This document shows positions 25,637-37,460 of a stretch of 64,000 nt of DNA, piece by piece. The position numbers and the translations under genes were made by a program. The stretch spans positions 1,639,567 through 1,703,566 of the forward strand of contig MU053629.1 of assembly GCA_013239625.1 (NCBI GenBank). The letters run 5' to 3'. Below the pieces are notes generated by a model, which worked only from the letters and a program-made list of their open reading frames with translations, was not told the origin of the DNA and did not search any database. This stretch comes from Lama guanicoe. Its lineage: Eukaryota. Position 1 is the first letter of the stretch. Every line of letters starts with the position of its first letter.

Positions 25637-25655
25637 TAGACGCCCCCTGGTGGGG
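25637..25655 (-). promoter_or_regulatory. CTCF motif (CCCCACCAGGGGGCGTCTA)
   Basis: CCACCAGGGGGCG core match, same orientation as the site at 23221. Confidence 0.55.
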
Positions 25656-27319
25656 GCCCCTGTCAGTCAGGATAAAGGACTCCTCCCTCAGCTCCCAGCT
25701 TAGGCCTGTTTCATCCTGCCCTGTGTACTAGCCGTCCTTGTCACTGGTCTGTGGATTCCATGAGGACACAGACTGTCTGTTTGATCTTTGTCTACATATT
25801 TGTTAAACTGATGTATCCCCAGGAGATGGAACCAAGACGACATGGATTTTCGGGGATGTAGATTTGACGCGAGAAAGAATTTGTAACAATGTGAACAGTT
25901 CGACCCCAACTGTTGAGGGTCCAGCCGGGAGACCCCGAGCTCCCTGTCACTCTGGGCATCTTCAGTGGGGTTGGATGAGCTTCTACAAAGTCCCTGGACT
26001 CTCTGGGTAGGCAGGTACTGAACACCCAACCTCCTTCTCAGGCCCCTCTCTCCCCAGGAGAATTTGATCCCCACCAAACCCAGTGCCCTGCACTCCAGAT
26101 CCACAGGGCCCCACGGGCTGGCGGGACCTTGCCAGAGGTGAGCAGTGGTAGACAGGCGTAAGTTTTTGTCAGTGGCCTTCACTGTCTGAAGATGAGACGT
26201 GACCAGTGGTGAGGCCCCCTGCTCCGTGGGCCCTCCCTCCTCTGATTAAACCCCCTCCCTCGGAAGGACCAGCTCCTCCCTGATGCACCTCCACCCCGTC
26301 CCTCACCTCCTCCACTCCTGTGCCTCCAGCCTCATGGACGAGAGGAAGCACCTGGGCTCCTTGGGAACAGAGCCGAGCTCCCCGCCAGGCCCAAGTAGAT
26401 TCTCAGAAGGTGTGTTTACCTCCCGCGCCCTGCTCAGACCCTCCCCTCACCCATGCTGCTCCGCCAGGCACACACCAGGGGGCAAATGCTCTCTTGCCCT
26501 TCGTCATCTGCTCTGGGGAAAGAACCTGTGAAGTCCATTCCAATCAAGGAGACTGTGATTGAGGCTTCCAGCCCCTGCCGTCCCTGCGGGGAATTTTACT
26601 GTTTGAATCAGACAAACTTGAAAGACTCACTTGATTGCACTGGGGCTAAGCATATGATAATGGTGTTTTTTGTTTATTTGTTGGTTGGTTGGTTTGGAGA
26701 GGGAAGAGAAGAATTTTTCCAGAATCTGGACTCATGGCCCCGTGGGGCCTTCCAGGGTCAGCACTGACTGTAAGAGTTTGGTGAGTTCTGAGGTTTGTAC
26801 CATTCAAGACAATCTGCTCTGGCTTCCTCCCTGACCAGAAGCATCCATCAATCAATTTCAAAGCCGGCAGCCTGGTTATTAGAATGGCCTGAGAACGCCA
26901 TGACCCAGGGTACCCAGCTGGGCAACACCTGGGTCTCCGCTCACCTCCTGCCAACCTCTAGGTCTCCTGAGCATTCTCATTTCCGCTCCTTCCCAGGGTG
27001 AGCCGAAGTCATGACCTGAAAGAATGCAGGGTCAGCCAGCCCGTCTGAAATTTCCCCTCCGTGTGTGTGAAAGGAGATATGTCCAACTGTGAACACACAG
27101 AGCCCACACACCCTTGTGACTCAGCAGATGCGGCTGTCCTCAACTCTGTCCCCTGGAATGTCAAACAGACCAGCCTCAGAGGTCTGACAGCATTAGAACA
27201 GATCCTGCAAAGCCTGGGCCCAGAGGCACCTTCCCCAGAAGCCCTTCAGGACAATAACCAGCCACCTGGATCCACCCGCACAGAGAAGGTGCCCTCATCC
27301 AGACCCCCAGAAACACAGT

Positions 27320-27520
27320 CAGATGCACACACAGAAACAGACACACCCAGAGAAAACTCAGACACACCCAGGAATGCGCACACACACATGCACGCCCATC
27401 CAAATATACTCACTCAGAGACAGATGCATACTTGCAGATACTTGGAAACACCCAGAAACATACGCGCACACACACACACACGCACTTGCACACACATACA
27501 CACGCGCATGCATACACTCC
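27320..27520. repeat. Degenerate (CA)n-rich tract
   Basis: Interrupted cacacac/gcgcac runs; the source of spurious THTH/VCVC ORFs. Confidence 0.75.
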
Positions 27521-28169
27521 TCAAAGGACTCAGCCAGAGTTTGATGCATCCTCTCTGCCTGACCTTAAACAGCTTTTCCAACCCCAATAGGTGGCCTGGC
27601 TCTCTGGCAGGGCCCTCTGGGTCTCTGACTTGGAACCATGGTCACAATGGCTAGAGACGGGGCAAAAATGGCAAACTCCAAATTCACCAACCACACTACT
27701 AATTCACCACTCAGAAAAGAAGTTTTACTTTCGTGTGGTGACTTTCCAAAGTCCAGCCATGGGAAGACATAAAGATAAGCAAACAGAACATTAACCCATA
27801 CCTTCTTTTTCCCTTCTTTTATCAGAAGCTTACACACCCTTTAAAGCCAGATGAAAATCTGACCCATAGGAGGTCTTTAGCACCAATGCGTATTAAACTG
27901 AACGTGCCCCTGAGGGACAGCAGTGTAGGGAGAGGGGGGCTGCCTGGGGCCTGGTTCTGAGGGCTGTTTTGGCTTCTTGCCAGTGTGAGGTCCTGCAGGG
28001 TTCCCTGCCACTTTGGACCAACCAAGGAGTGATGTCATGTGTTAATTCCGTCCATAAATACTTACTGAACACCGACAGGCACCGTGCTCAGAACAGCAAA
28101 CAGCCAGACCCAGCCCTGCTCTCCTAAGTGTATGGCCCACAAGAGGAGGCAGACATCAAAAATTCAAAT

Positions 28170-28268
28170 AGTTTTTTTTGTTTGTTTTTTATGGAGGTAC
28201 TGGGGACTGAACCCAGGACCTCGTGCATGTGAAGCACACACTCTACCACTGAGCTATACCCTCACCCT
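28170..28268 (-). mobile_element. tRNA-derived SINE (Vic-1-like)
   Basis: ggaggtactggggactgaacccagg...ctaccactgagctataccc. Confidence 0.85.
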
Positions 28269-28296
28269 TCAAATAATTCTTAAAGTAGATATTTAT

Positions 28297-28682
28297 TATG
28301 AGTTAAATTTTGTCTTCTACCTCCCCCTCCAAATTCATATGCTGAAGTCCTAACCCCCAGTACTTCAGAATGGGGCTGTATTTGGACGTAAATTCTCTCC
28401 TTAAAGAAGTAATTGATGTAAAATGAGGTCATAGGGGTGGGCCATAATCCCATACGAGTGGTGTCCCTGTAAGAGGTGAGGACACAGACATGCACAGGGT
28501 GGGGGGGGGAGACCACATAACGGCACAGGGGAAAGACGGCCACTTACGAACCGAGGAGAGAGGCCTCCAAAGAAACCGACCCTGCTGACACCTTGATCCT
28601 GGACTTCCAGCCTCCAGAGCTGTGAGAAATAAAGTTAGGTTCTTTAAGCCACCCAGTCTGTGGTACTTTATAAACTAATATA
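28297..28682 (+). mobile_element. MLT1A/B-like MaLR LTR
   Basis: aaattcatatgctgaagtcctaacccccagtac...ccctgctgacaccttgatcctggacttccagcctccaga. Confidence 0.85.
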
Positions 28683-30509
28683 GTATTAAACTAGAATTAA
28701 TAAGTGTCATAAAGGGGCCTGAAAGGTTATAGGCGGGGGTCCTAATCTCTTCTGGAAGTGGGGGAGGACCATAGAAAGTGTCATTTAAATTGAGACCCTG
28801 AAGAATTAAGAGCTAACTCCAAAAAGGTAGAGAGTGAGTAGGGTTAGGGATGGAAGAGGGGACATTGTGGACAGAGGCCAGGTCCCCTGCAGGCCGGAAG
28901 GAGCCTGCACCTGCGAGGAACCCAGGCTGCTCCCGGCCTGGTGGCTGGGGCACAGCGAGCCAAGGGCCCAAAGGAGGAAGCAACAGGTAGGAGCCAGATC
29001 ACAAGGCATGTCTCGGGCCACATTCAGGATTTGGGGGGCTCAAGATGAGAGACAAATAAAGGGGAGAAATTGTGGATTCACTTTTGCTTTAAGAAATGTT
29101 TTGTAGCAAAGACACAAACCACCATCACTTTTTTATAAAAGACATGAACTGAGCCCCACTCTGCCTCCAGTTCTGAGGTCAGTGAGACGGCTGTCAGTCC
29201 GTGCCTGCCAAGAGAGAGCAGTGGAGACGAAAAGTAGGTGCCAGTGCAAAGTCCACTCCCTCCTCCCTCTCTCCTTGGGTCAGTTCGGGTCCTCTGGGAA
29301 GCAGATGCCAGGGTAGAAGCAGAAGCTGCAGAGATCTGGGCGGGGGAGCACCTGTGAAAGGCACAGGCGCAGAAGGACCACAGTGGAGGTCTGGCTCCTA
29401 CGAAAGGAGAGAGGGGAGGAGGGCAAAGGGGAGGAGGGCAGAGGGGACAGGAAGGGCCTCAGATTGCAGCGCCGGCTGACAGGCTCCCCAGGGCAAGGAG
29501 TAGGTCCCCCACAGGACAGGAATGGCCTGGTTTTAGCACCTGCCACACCGCCCCAGCTCCCAACCCCCGCCCCCCGGGCTCAACCTCTGGCTAAAAGCCA
29601 CCTGGGGAGAGTGTGGTCTGGTGGGTCCAAGAAGGTACCAGCAGCAGGGGCTCACAGCACTCCCCCCCGCAGGCTCTCCCTGGCGTGGAAAGCGGGGCAG
29701 CATGCCTCCCTGCCTGCCAGGCTTCTCTCCTTTCCTTCTTCCCCTCGTTCCTCCCTTTATTCCTTCCACCTGCCTTCTCTCCTCAGCTCTTTAGTAATCA
29801 CACCCTGTGCCAGGCAGAGGCGCACTCTGGAACCTTCATAAATGAATCAGACACAGTCCTCCCCTCAAAGAGCCATTGGTCCAGAAAGTCCTCTCGCATC
29901 CACAGGTGGGCACCTGGCACGTCCCTTCCTTCAGGCTGCCTGGCTGCTCCGGACCAACCCCGTGAGCCCCTGTGGCCCTCTCTCTTGCTGGCCAGTTCCA
30001 GAGACAGACACTATCTTCCACTCTGTACCTGCACGCAGGGCAAAGTGCAGAGACAAATTAAGCAGGCAAATTAATGCAACTCTTAGCTTGGTGATTTGAC
30101 GTATATTTGTAAATTTCAACGGCAACTTCATCTCCCCCTACCCCCGCCCCACCTTAACCCACTACTCCTCTGAAATCAATTAACATCTTTTGGATACATA
30201 ATAAAATCAATACTTTTTGTTTGTAAAATGAGTGGAAAAGGTGTGTATACACCGACCACAGCAGAGTGACAGCAACCCAAACAAGACCCGACCCGAGGCT
30301 TCTGATGCTTCAAGGACGTCTGGATAAGAACACAGCGATGCTTGTTCCTGTTGTGCAGGGCACTCACGCGCCCGAGCTCAGACACCCGGGGTGGTCTGTG
30401 CGGGCTCAGGCCCACAGCTCCGTGTCCCGGGGGCATTCAGGAGCTGGATGTAAAACAAGAAGGCAAAGCACTAGCTCTCTTTAAATGAAGAGTTAAATAC
30501 ATTCACACC

Positions 30510-30916
30510 TGTTAAGGGCCGAATTATGTCCCTGCAATTTCATATGTTGAAGCCCCAACCCCAAGTCCTTAGAATGTGACTGTATTTGGAGATAGGGCCT
30601 TTAAAGGGGTGATTAAGCTAACAGGAGGCCACAAGGGTGGGCCCCAATCCAGTGTGACTGCTGTCCTTATGAGAAGAGTAAATACAGACACACAGAGGGA
30701 CAGCGGGGATGCGTGTGTCCAGAGAAACAACCAGGTGAAGAGGCAGCAGGAGGGTGGCCGCCAGCAAGCCGAGGAGAGAGGTTCCGGAGGAAACCAGCCC
30801 TGCTGGCACCTTGATCTTGGACGTCCAGCCTCTAGATCGGTGAGAAAATCCATGCCTGCTGTGCAAGCCGCCCCGTCTGTGGTATTTTGTTAAGGCTGCC
30901 CTAGCAAACGAACACA
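30510..30916 (+). mobile_element. MLT1A/B-like MaLR LTR
   Basis: tcatatgttgaagcccc...agaatgtgactgtatttggagatagggcctttaaa...ctgctggcaccttgatcttgg. Confidence 0.85.
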
Positions 30917-31599
30917 GCATCAAAAATAACAAAACAAGGAAACAAGGCGGGGCAAGTAGTCTGAGTTCTGCATTTACTTCTTTAATGCGTTGTTTACACC
31001 CCTTGAGGTGAGTCCTGAATGAAAAGGCAAAGCAGCAGTAAGCCTCCCCTCCGGACCCCGACTCCAGCAGCCTCTGCTCCTGCCTCCGGCCTCGCCATAG
31101 GCGCCCTCGGGAGGGGTGGGAAGAAGGTGGCCAGCTGAGCGCCCCGCACCAGAGTGAGAGGAAAGCTCTTCCTGCTTTCTCTTCTGTTTAATAAACCACT
31201 GCCGAGTGTGAGTGTCGGTGCAGAAGCAGGCCTCACACAGGTGTGTCAGAGCAGAAGAGGTGAATAGGAGGTGTGCCCTCCGCCCGGAGTCCAGGGCACT
31301 GGTGTTGAGTGCCGCTCCTTTTCCATGTTGCTCCTTATGCCTGTGGTCTCAGGGTGCAACTAAATTATGTAAATAACAAATCCCTTATGTTTGCCAAGTT
31401 CTTCAAAGCTGACAAACCTCCCTTACAAAATTGGTCTCAATGAGGCACTCACGACAAGCAGCATTGACATTATTATCTCCATTTCACAGATGAGAAAATC
31501 AAGGCCCAGAAAGGCCAAATGACAAGGCCAGGAGTCAACAGCTGAAAAGTGCCAGGAATTCGCCCAAGCCTTTTGGTGAAGTGATGAAATATACCAAGG

Positions 31600-31890
31600 A
31601 CTCACAGACACAGAAATCAAGCTTAACGGTTACCAGAGGGGAAAGGGAGTGAGAAGGGATAAATTGGGAGTTCCAGGTTTGCAGATACTAACTTCTATAT
31701 GTACAATAGATAAACAACAAATTTCTACTGTATAGCACAGGGAACTATGTTCAATATCTTGTAGTAACCTATAATGGAAAAGAACATGAGAAGGAATAAA
31801 TATATATGTGTATGACTGAAATGTTATGCTGTGCGCCAGAAATTGACACATTATAAACTCACTATACTTAAATCAAAAAAAAAAAAAAAG
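31600..31890 (+). mobile_element. LINE-1 3' end with poly(A) tail
   Basis: Same L1 3' UTR family as the other copies; A run at about 31875-31889. Confidence 0.85.
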
Positions 31891-34389
31891 AACTAGGAAA
31901 GGGAATTGAGAGAAGACACGGGACCACCTCCTCTCAATCCCAAATGAGCAGAGTGACGCCCAGATGGCTTTCCAAACCCCGCCCAGCCTCCAGATTCAAG
32001 CTCAGAGAGACACGAAGGCACTCAGAGCATGAGTTAGCAAACGCAGCCTATCTGGGCTCAGAAGACGTTGTCAGACCAGAGCCCTCAGGTAGACTCCAAG
32101 GGGAGGCGGTGACTGGGGAGGTGAGCTGGAGACGGGGGATTTTCTACACTTTCTCTTTCAAATGGGGATAATAATCCAGCCCAGGCATTCTCACAGGTTG
32201 CACGGTGGCCTCTGACCAAGGTGGCAACAAAAGAACAGACAAAAAGCCTGCCATCAGGTCATGAGTGGACAAGCACCCTCAGCGATAATCACCACGCCGC
32301 CTCCCTGTCCTGTCCACTGTGGCATCTCATGGCCGTTTGTGTTGATATTTTTCACTTCATTTCCTCATTTCATTATTTCAATATAATATTTGATGGATGA
32401 AAAATGTAGATAGCTCGTACGTAAGAGAGAAAGCATAAGAATAAAATGAACTCCTGTGAACTAATGGTGGACTTGTGTCATCCACAATGCTGCCGACAGC
32501 CTAGCATCTACCTTTATCCTCGTCCCCATCTCAGCCACCAGAGGTAAGCTTCACCATGAATTTTGAGTTTAATTATTGCCTTGCTTTTAAAATGTTGTTT
32601 TATCACATTGGCATGTATTCCCAAAGTATAGTACAGTTCTTGAGCTTTATAAAAACAGAATCATACTGCCTCTGGTCTTCTGGGATGCTTTGTTCACTCA
32701 ACACTGTCTTTCTGGGAAGAGCAGAGAAGAATGTGGATTTGAGGGTAGACAAATCCAGATTCCAAGCACCCCTGCTGTGTGATCGCATGCAAACTTCTTG
32801 GCTCCACAGCATCTCAGCTTCCTCATCTATAGAAATGGAGCTTGCGTTCTCTCATTTCCCTTACAAGGTTACAAAGGGAATTAAATAAAATGTGTATAAT
32901 ATGTTCCTATTGCAGAAGAGGTTTTTTAAAAAGCATTTGTGAGTTTATCTTTTTTCTTTCATTTTTGTCTAGCTCAGGGGTGGAGGATCGCTGATCCACA
33001 GGGGAGGAAATACTTACAAAATTATTTCTCCTTAGATAATATAACCCACTGTGTTTTAGATTAAGAACTGGGAACGTGAATTTTATCCAGTAAGTAGGGA
33101 CTTCAGCTATATATTAGGACTTGCTAATGGATGGAAGGGGAGAGAAAAAGGAAACTAGTGGGAGAAAGGGAAAAACAGAAAGAGAGATAACTATTAATGA
33201 GGTTACCCACTGTGTTTTAGCTTTTCGAAATGTCAGTTAACCAACATTTACAGCTCTTCAACTCCTCCAATCCCTAAGCCTATTATGGTTTGCTTAGAAT
33301 GGGATCCTCTCAGCAGATCACCAAGGAAGACTTATTCTTTGGGGTGCGGCAACAGGGAACAGAACAACGTCAGGATGACATCAAGACGGGACCAGACGGA
33401 GATCTCTATGAGCCTGTGCCAGATAAAATTCCAGTCTTCATTTTAGCTCTTTCCACATATACCTACTTTGTCTGTGGAACACAGGGCAGGACTCTTTTCT
33501 CATAGAGATTTTGTGGTTCACTTCTTATGGTATGTCCTTCATCTGCTTCCAGAATAAGGTTTTCGACAAACAAATATGCTAGTGGAAAAGGCAGATGAAA
33601 TCCAAGATCTGGAGTCAGGAAAACCAGTGAGATTGACATTAAAACAGAGAGCACTGAAATATTTATATGCGCATTTGTGAAATATTAATGCAGCATCCTG
33701 CAAACACACAGGCAAACACTCGGGGGTAGGGCACCCTCAGACGTCTTAAAGACTGACTCAACCAAGCACAGCTTTTGTCACTGGAAATCTTTGCCTCAGA
33801 GCTGTGGTCTCTCACAGCCTCGAAGCGTCAGCTGGTCAACACATCCTTCTTCAGGACTAACGGAGCACACCTGGCTCCCTCGGGCCAGCTGCTTCACTGA
33901 ACCTCACACCTGCAGGCCAGAGGGACCAGGTTTTTGTGTTCCTGTATGAGAGTGATACAGGTGCTTGGCTTCAGGCTGACGGGTGTCAAAGTCATCCTCA
34001 AAGGCCCCCTCTGCCCACTTCCTGGCCCTGTGCCTCCTGAGGGATTTGGGAAACCCAGCAGGTGCCAGCAAACCCCAGAGAGCTGGGCTGAGGGGGACCT
34101 GGTCAACAGGACTTGCTATAACCTGGGTGAGAAGAAGGCGGGAGGAGAAGCCTATGGGTAGGACAGAGTCCTGGATTCCCAGGACTTACAGAATGCAGTC
34201 CCCTTCCAGGTAGGTGCCATGCCTGCCTGTTTGTTGCTCTAACCCCAGCATCTAGAGCAGTCCCAGGCATGTAGTGGGAGCCCAGTAAATACCGGCTCAC
34301 GGATTGACCTGCAGCCCACGAGGTTGGCTGCCGAGCTGCCCCCACCCAGGGGCAGTGCCCTCTACTGTGAAAAGGTGGACAGAAGCAAG

Positions 34390-35006
34390 TGAGGCAGGAA
34401 GGAAGGGGTCAGGGCACAGCCATGAAAAGAATGACCCAGCAATTAGTACCAAGATGGTGGAAGATTCAATTCCCAGTAGACCCCGAGCATCATTATCTGC
34501 TCACTGTAATACAATAGCTGCTAAACGGTCCTCCCACAGGTGCCAGGTCAGTTTCAAGGCTGACCATAAAAGGTCAAAAAGTGGGTGGTGGCCCAGTTCC
34601 TGGAATCCCACCCCTTCCCCAAAGTAGTTGGAATAACCCTCCCACTTGTTAGCATATGGAGCTACTGAGCCCATTAAACTAACAATTCCCACACCCTGGG
34701 GACAATTGCATTTCTTCCTAGCAGACTCCAAGCTCTGAGGCCACCGCTCACCCTTCTAAGACGGCCTGCATTCTGCCTAATGAATGTGTATCTCTTAGGC
34801 CCTTCTGCCTTTTTCTTGACTTTTGAGACAGCCCGCACTGTGGAGTGTGCATCTCTCTGAATAAATCTACTTTTACTCAACTGTGGCTCATTCTTGAATT
34901 CTTTCCTGCGCAAAGCCAAGGACCCTCACTTGGCGGGGAGTGTCCCAGGGACTTGCCTGAGACTTGGGACATGGCCGTCCCGTCACGCCCCATTTTTCCT
35001 GAATCA
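34390..35006 (+). mobile_element. Solo ERV1 LTR, MER41-like, with a perfect 4-bp TSD (CAAG)
   Basis: TGAGGCAGG...GAATCA termini; caag at 34386-34389 and 35007-35010; AATAAA near 34860; MER41-like U5 sequence ttgaattctttcctgcgcaaagccaaggaccc. Confidence 0.85.
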
Positions 35007-36070
35007 CAAGTGTGATCATTTCTTCTGTTTCCAGAAATGAAGGACAAGGCGGGGAAAAGTAGAGATGAGAGTGTGTTTTAAGTGAGGCAAAGCAAATGTT
35101 CGGTCCATTTCCTGAAAGGTCTCCCACAGTTTATCAAGCTGAAGAAATGAGCCCTGTACTTGGAGTCAGGAAGTCTGGGCTCTCATCAGATATTTTCAAA
35201 AATTTGCTGCGTGAAGCAGAACGAGTCACTTCCTCTCTCTCAGCTTCAGTTCCCTGTTCAGTAAAAAGCAGTGGTTGGGCCAGACAGGTGCCCAAAGGCC
35301 AACCTCTTTGGCTGTAATTGGAAACTCAGGCCTGGGTTTGTCAAAGCCGTTCACTGCTCTCCTTCCTAACGGAGGGCAGTCCCCTACCTGCGACCACACT
35401 TTATTTCCTAGGAGCTCCCAGGGAGCCCCTGTTCCAGAACTTTCCTGCCACAGCCCGGGGTGGGGGGGTGCTGAACATCGTTAGCTGGACAGGCTGAGAA
35501 CTGAGACACTCAAGAACTCCAGGGCAAGGCAGAGCTTTGTTTCACAAGCCTGCGGGCCCCTCCATTCCTGGCTGGAAGCTTTTCTGATACCCTTCTGCCT
35601 TTCTGTTCCTGCGGGGTTGTTTTGCTCTGGATCTGTCCACTGGATCAGGGCAGCTTGGCCCACCCTCTCACACAATGTGCTTAAAACTCGTTGCCAATTA
35701 AGGGAAAGGATGCCCCCTTTCTCTTGTGTCCCTACTTTTCTGCCCTTATTTTCTTCCCCCTCTCACCTTCCCGGCACACTTTTCCTCACTCACCTTCTAA
35801 AACTTTCTTTCCCTTTCTTTCTACCTCTTCCCACAAACCCTCTCAGCCTTGATACCTCACCCTGACCCTCTTTACTTCTGGCTTCCAAGGGTCTTCTCTC
35901 GGGTTTCTGGTCAACAGCACCATCCTTTGGGCCTGGAAAGCAGGGCCCGGAGTTCTCTTGCCACATACACTCAAGGGTCCAGGTAATCCATCTCCTTTGG
36001 GTCCTTCTTTGACCTTCTCCATCCACATCTTCACAGAGCCCCCAGCCCTATCTTGCCCATAGTTGGCAGG

Positions 36071-36538
36071 TGTATTTGCTTTCCAGAGCTGCCTTAACAA
36101 AGGCACACAGTCTGTGTGGCTCACACAACAGAAATTTATCTTCTCACAATTCTGGAGGCCAGAATCTGAGACCAAGGTCTTGGTAGGGCTGGTTTCTTCT
36201 GAGGCCTCTCCCTTTAGTTTATAGATGCCCACCTTCTAGCTGTCTCTTTAGATCCTTTTTTTGTTTGTTTGTTTGTTTGATGGAAGTACTGGGTATTGAA
36301 TCCAGGACCTCATGCATGCTAAGCACACACTCTGCCACTAAGCTATACCCACCCTTCTAAGCTGTCTCTTTATATGATCTTTCCTCTGTGTCCTGATCTC
36401 TCTGCTTATAAGGACACCAGTCATACTGGATTGGGGACCACCTCAATGACCTCATTTTACCTTAATTACCTCTTGAAAGACCTGTCTCCGAATATTCTGA
36501 GGGACTGAGGATTGGGAGACACAACTCAGCCCACACCA
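36071..36538 (-). mobile_element. MLT1A-like MaLR LTR interrupted by a Vic-1-like SINE (about 36256-36354)
   Basis: MLT1 motifs on both sides of the SINE; the SINE is flanked by the duplicated agctgtctcttta. Confidence 0.82.
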
Positions 36539-36792
36539 GCAGGGGTGACGGTGGTAGTAGCAGAGGCAGCCCAGACATTATATGCTGGTATCCAGGCTGA
36601 TTTTCTTGGGCTGCACACCTTTAGGAAAGGATGTAGAATGTGGGCAGCTAGCAGTCCAGGGGTAGGGGGTTGCTTCAGTATGAGCTTCTGAGCTATCCAC
36701 TCAGCACCCCAATCCTGGAGGCTCCCCCAGAGAGCTAAAGAAATCAGATGGAAATAGCCCCCACAGAAGCCGAGCATCAGGTAAACCAAAAG

Positions 36793-36798
36793 TTTAAT
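36793..36798 (-). terminator. Probable DAPK2 polyadenylation signal (ATTAAA)
   Basis: ATTAAA on the minus strand, preceded by a U-rich run, about 580 nt after the stop codon. Confidence 0.6.
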
Positions 36799-37379
36799 AA
36801 AAATGAAAAAAGTTACAGCACAGTGGGCTGGCAATGGGCTTCTTTGGAAGGTCTGATATGTTGGTCAGCATGAGATGCTGACTCCATGTGGGTTCTGGGA
36901 GGTCACAGGACAGGTCCCTCACACCCAAGATTCACTTCACTCCTTATCTTGTTCCCATGGAGGGAGGCCTCTGTTTTCCTGGTGTAATTTTTGGCCAGGC
37001 TGGTTCTGAACTCCCTCCTCCTGTGAGAAAAGCTGCCTGAATCTGACCTTCAGCCAGGGTGGTGATGTGCGTTTACATCGGTTCCTTAGGTCCACACCCC
37101 TGCCCCAGGCTGTGAGGTTGGCAGATAGGTGAAAGTCCGTTTCATGGAGAATTAAGAGTTTTGGGAATGCTGGAGTCTTCTCCCCAGGAGACAGCCACAG
37201 CTCCCAAGGTCTCCTGGCTCCCCTGCAAATTCTTCTGAATCCTGCATGCCCATCTCTCTTGCAAAGTGCTCGGGGATGGAGAATGCCTGCGTGCTGGTGA
37301 CAGGCGGGGTCCAAGAGTCTGCATAGACAGGAGCCCGGCTGGACCTGGGCCTCCCTGGTGGCCACCTGAGCCCGGCCAG

Positions 37380-37460
37380 TTAGGAGGTACTGCTCCTCCT
37401 CCGGGGGTGGAGGGCTTTCCTTTTGGCGATGTCCTCCTCTGTGTCACTCTCACAATTCCT
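37380..37460 (-). CDS. DAPK2: DAPK2 final coding exon (RNCESDTEEDIAKRKALHPRRRSSTS*)
   Basis: Long polypyrimidine tract plus cag acceptor; TAA at 37382-37380; C-terminal RRRSSTS 14-3-3-binding tail. Confidence 0.97.
   Translation of the reverse strand, partial: RNCESDTEEDIAKRKALHPRRRSSTS

Noticed and set aside
27061..27654. 197-aa Thr/His-rich ORF
   Set aside because: Translation of a degenerate CA repeat.
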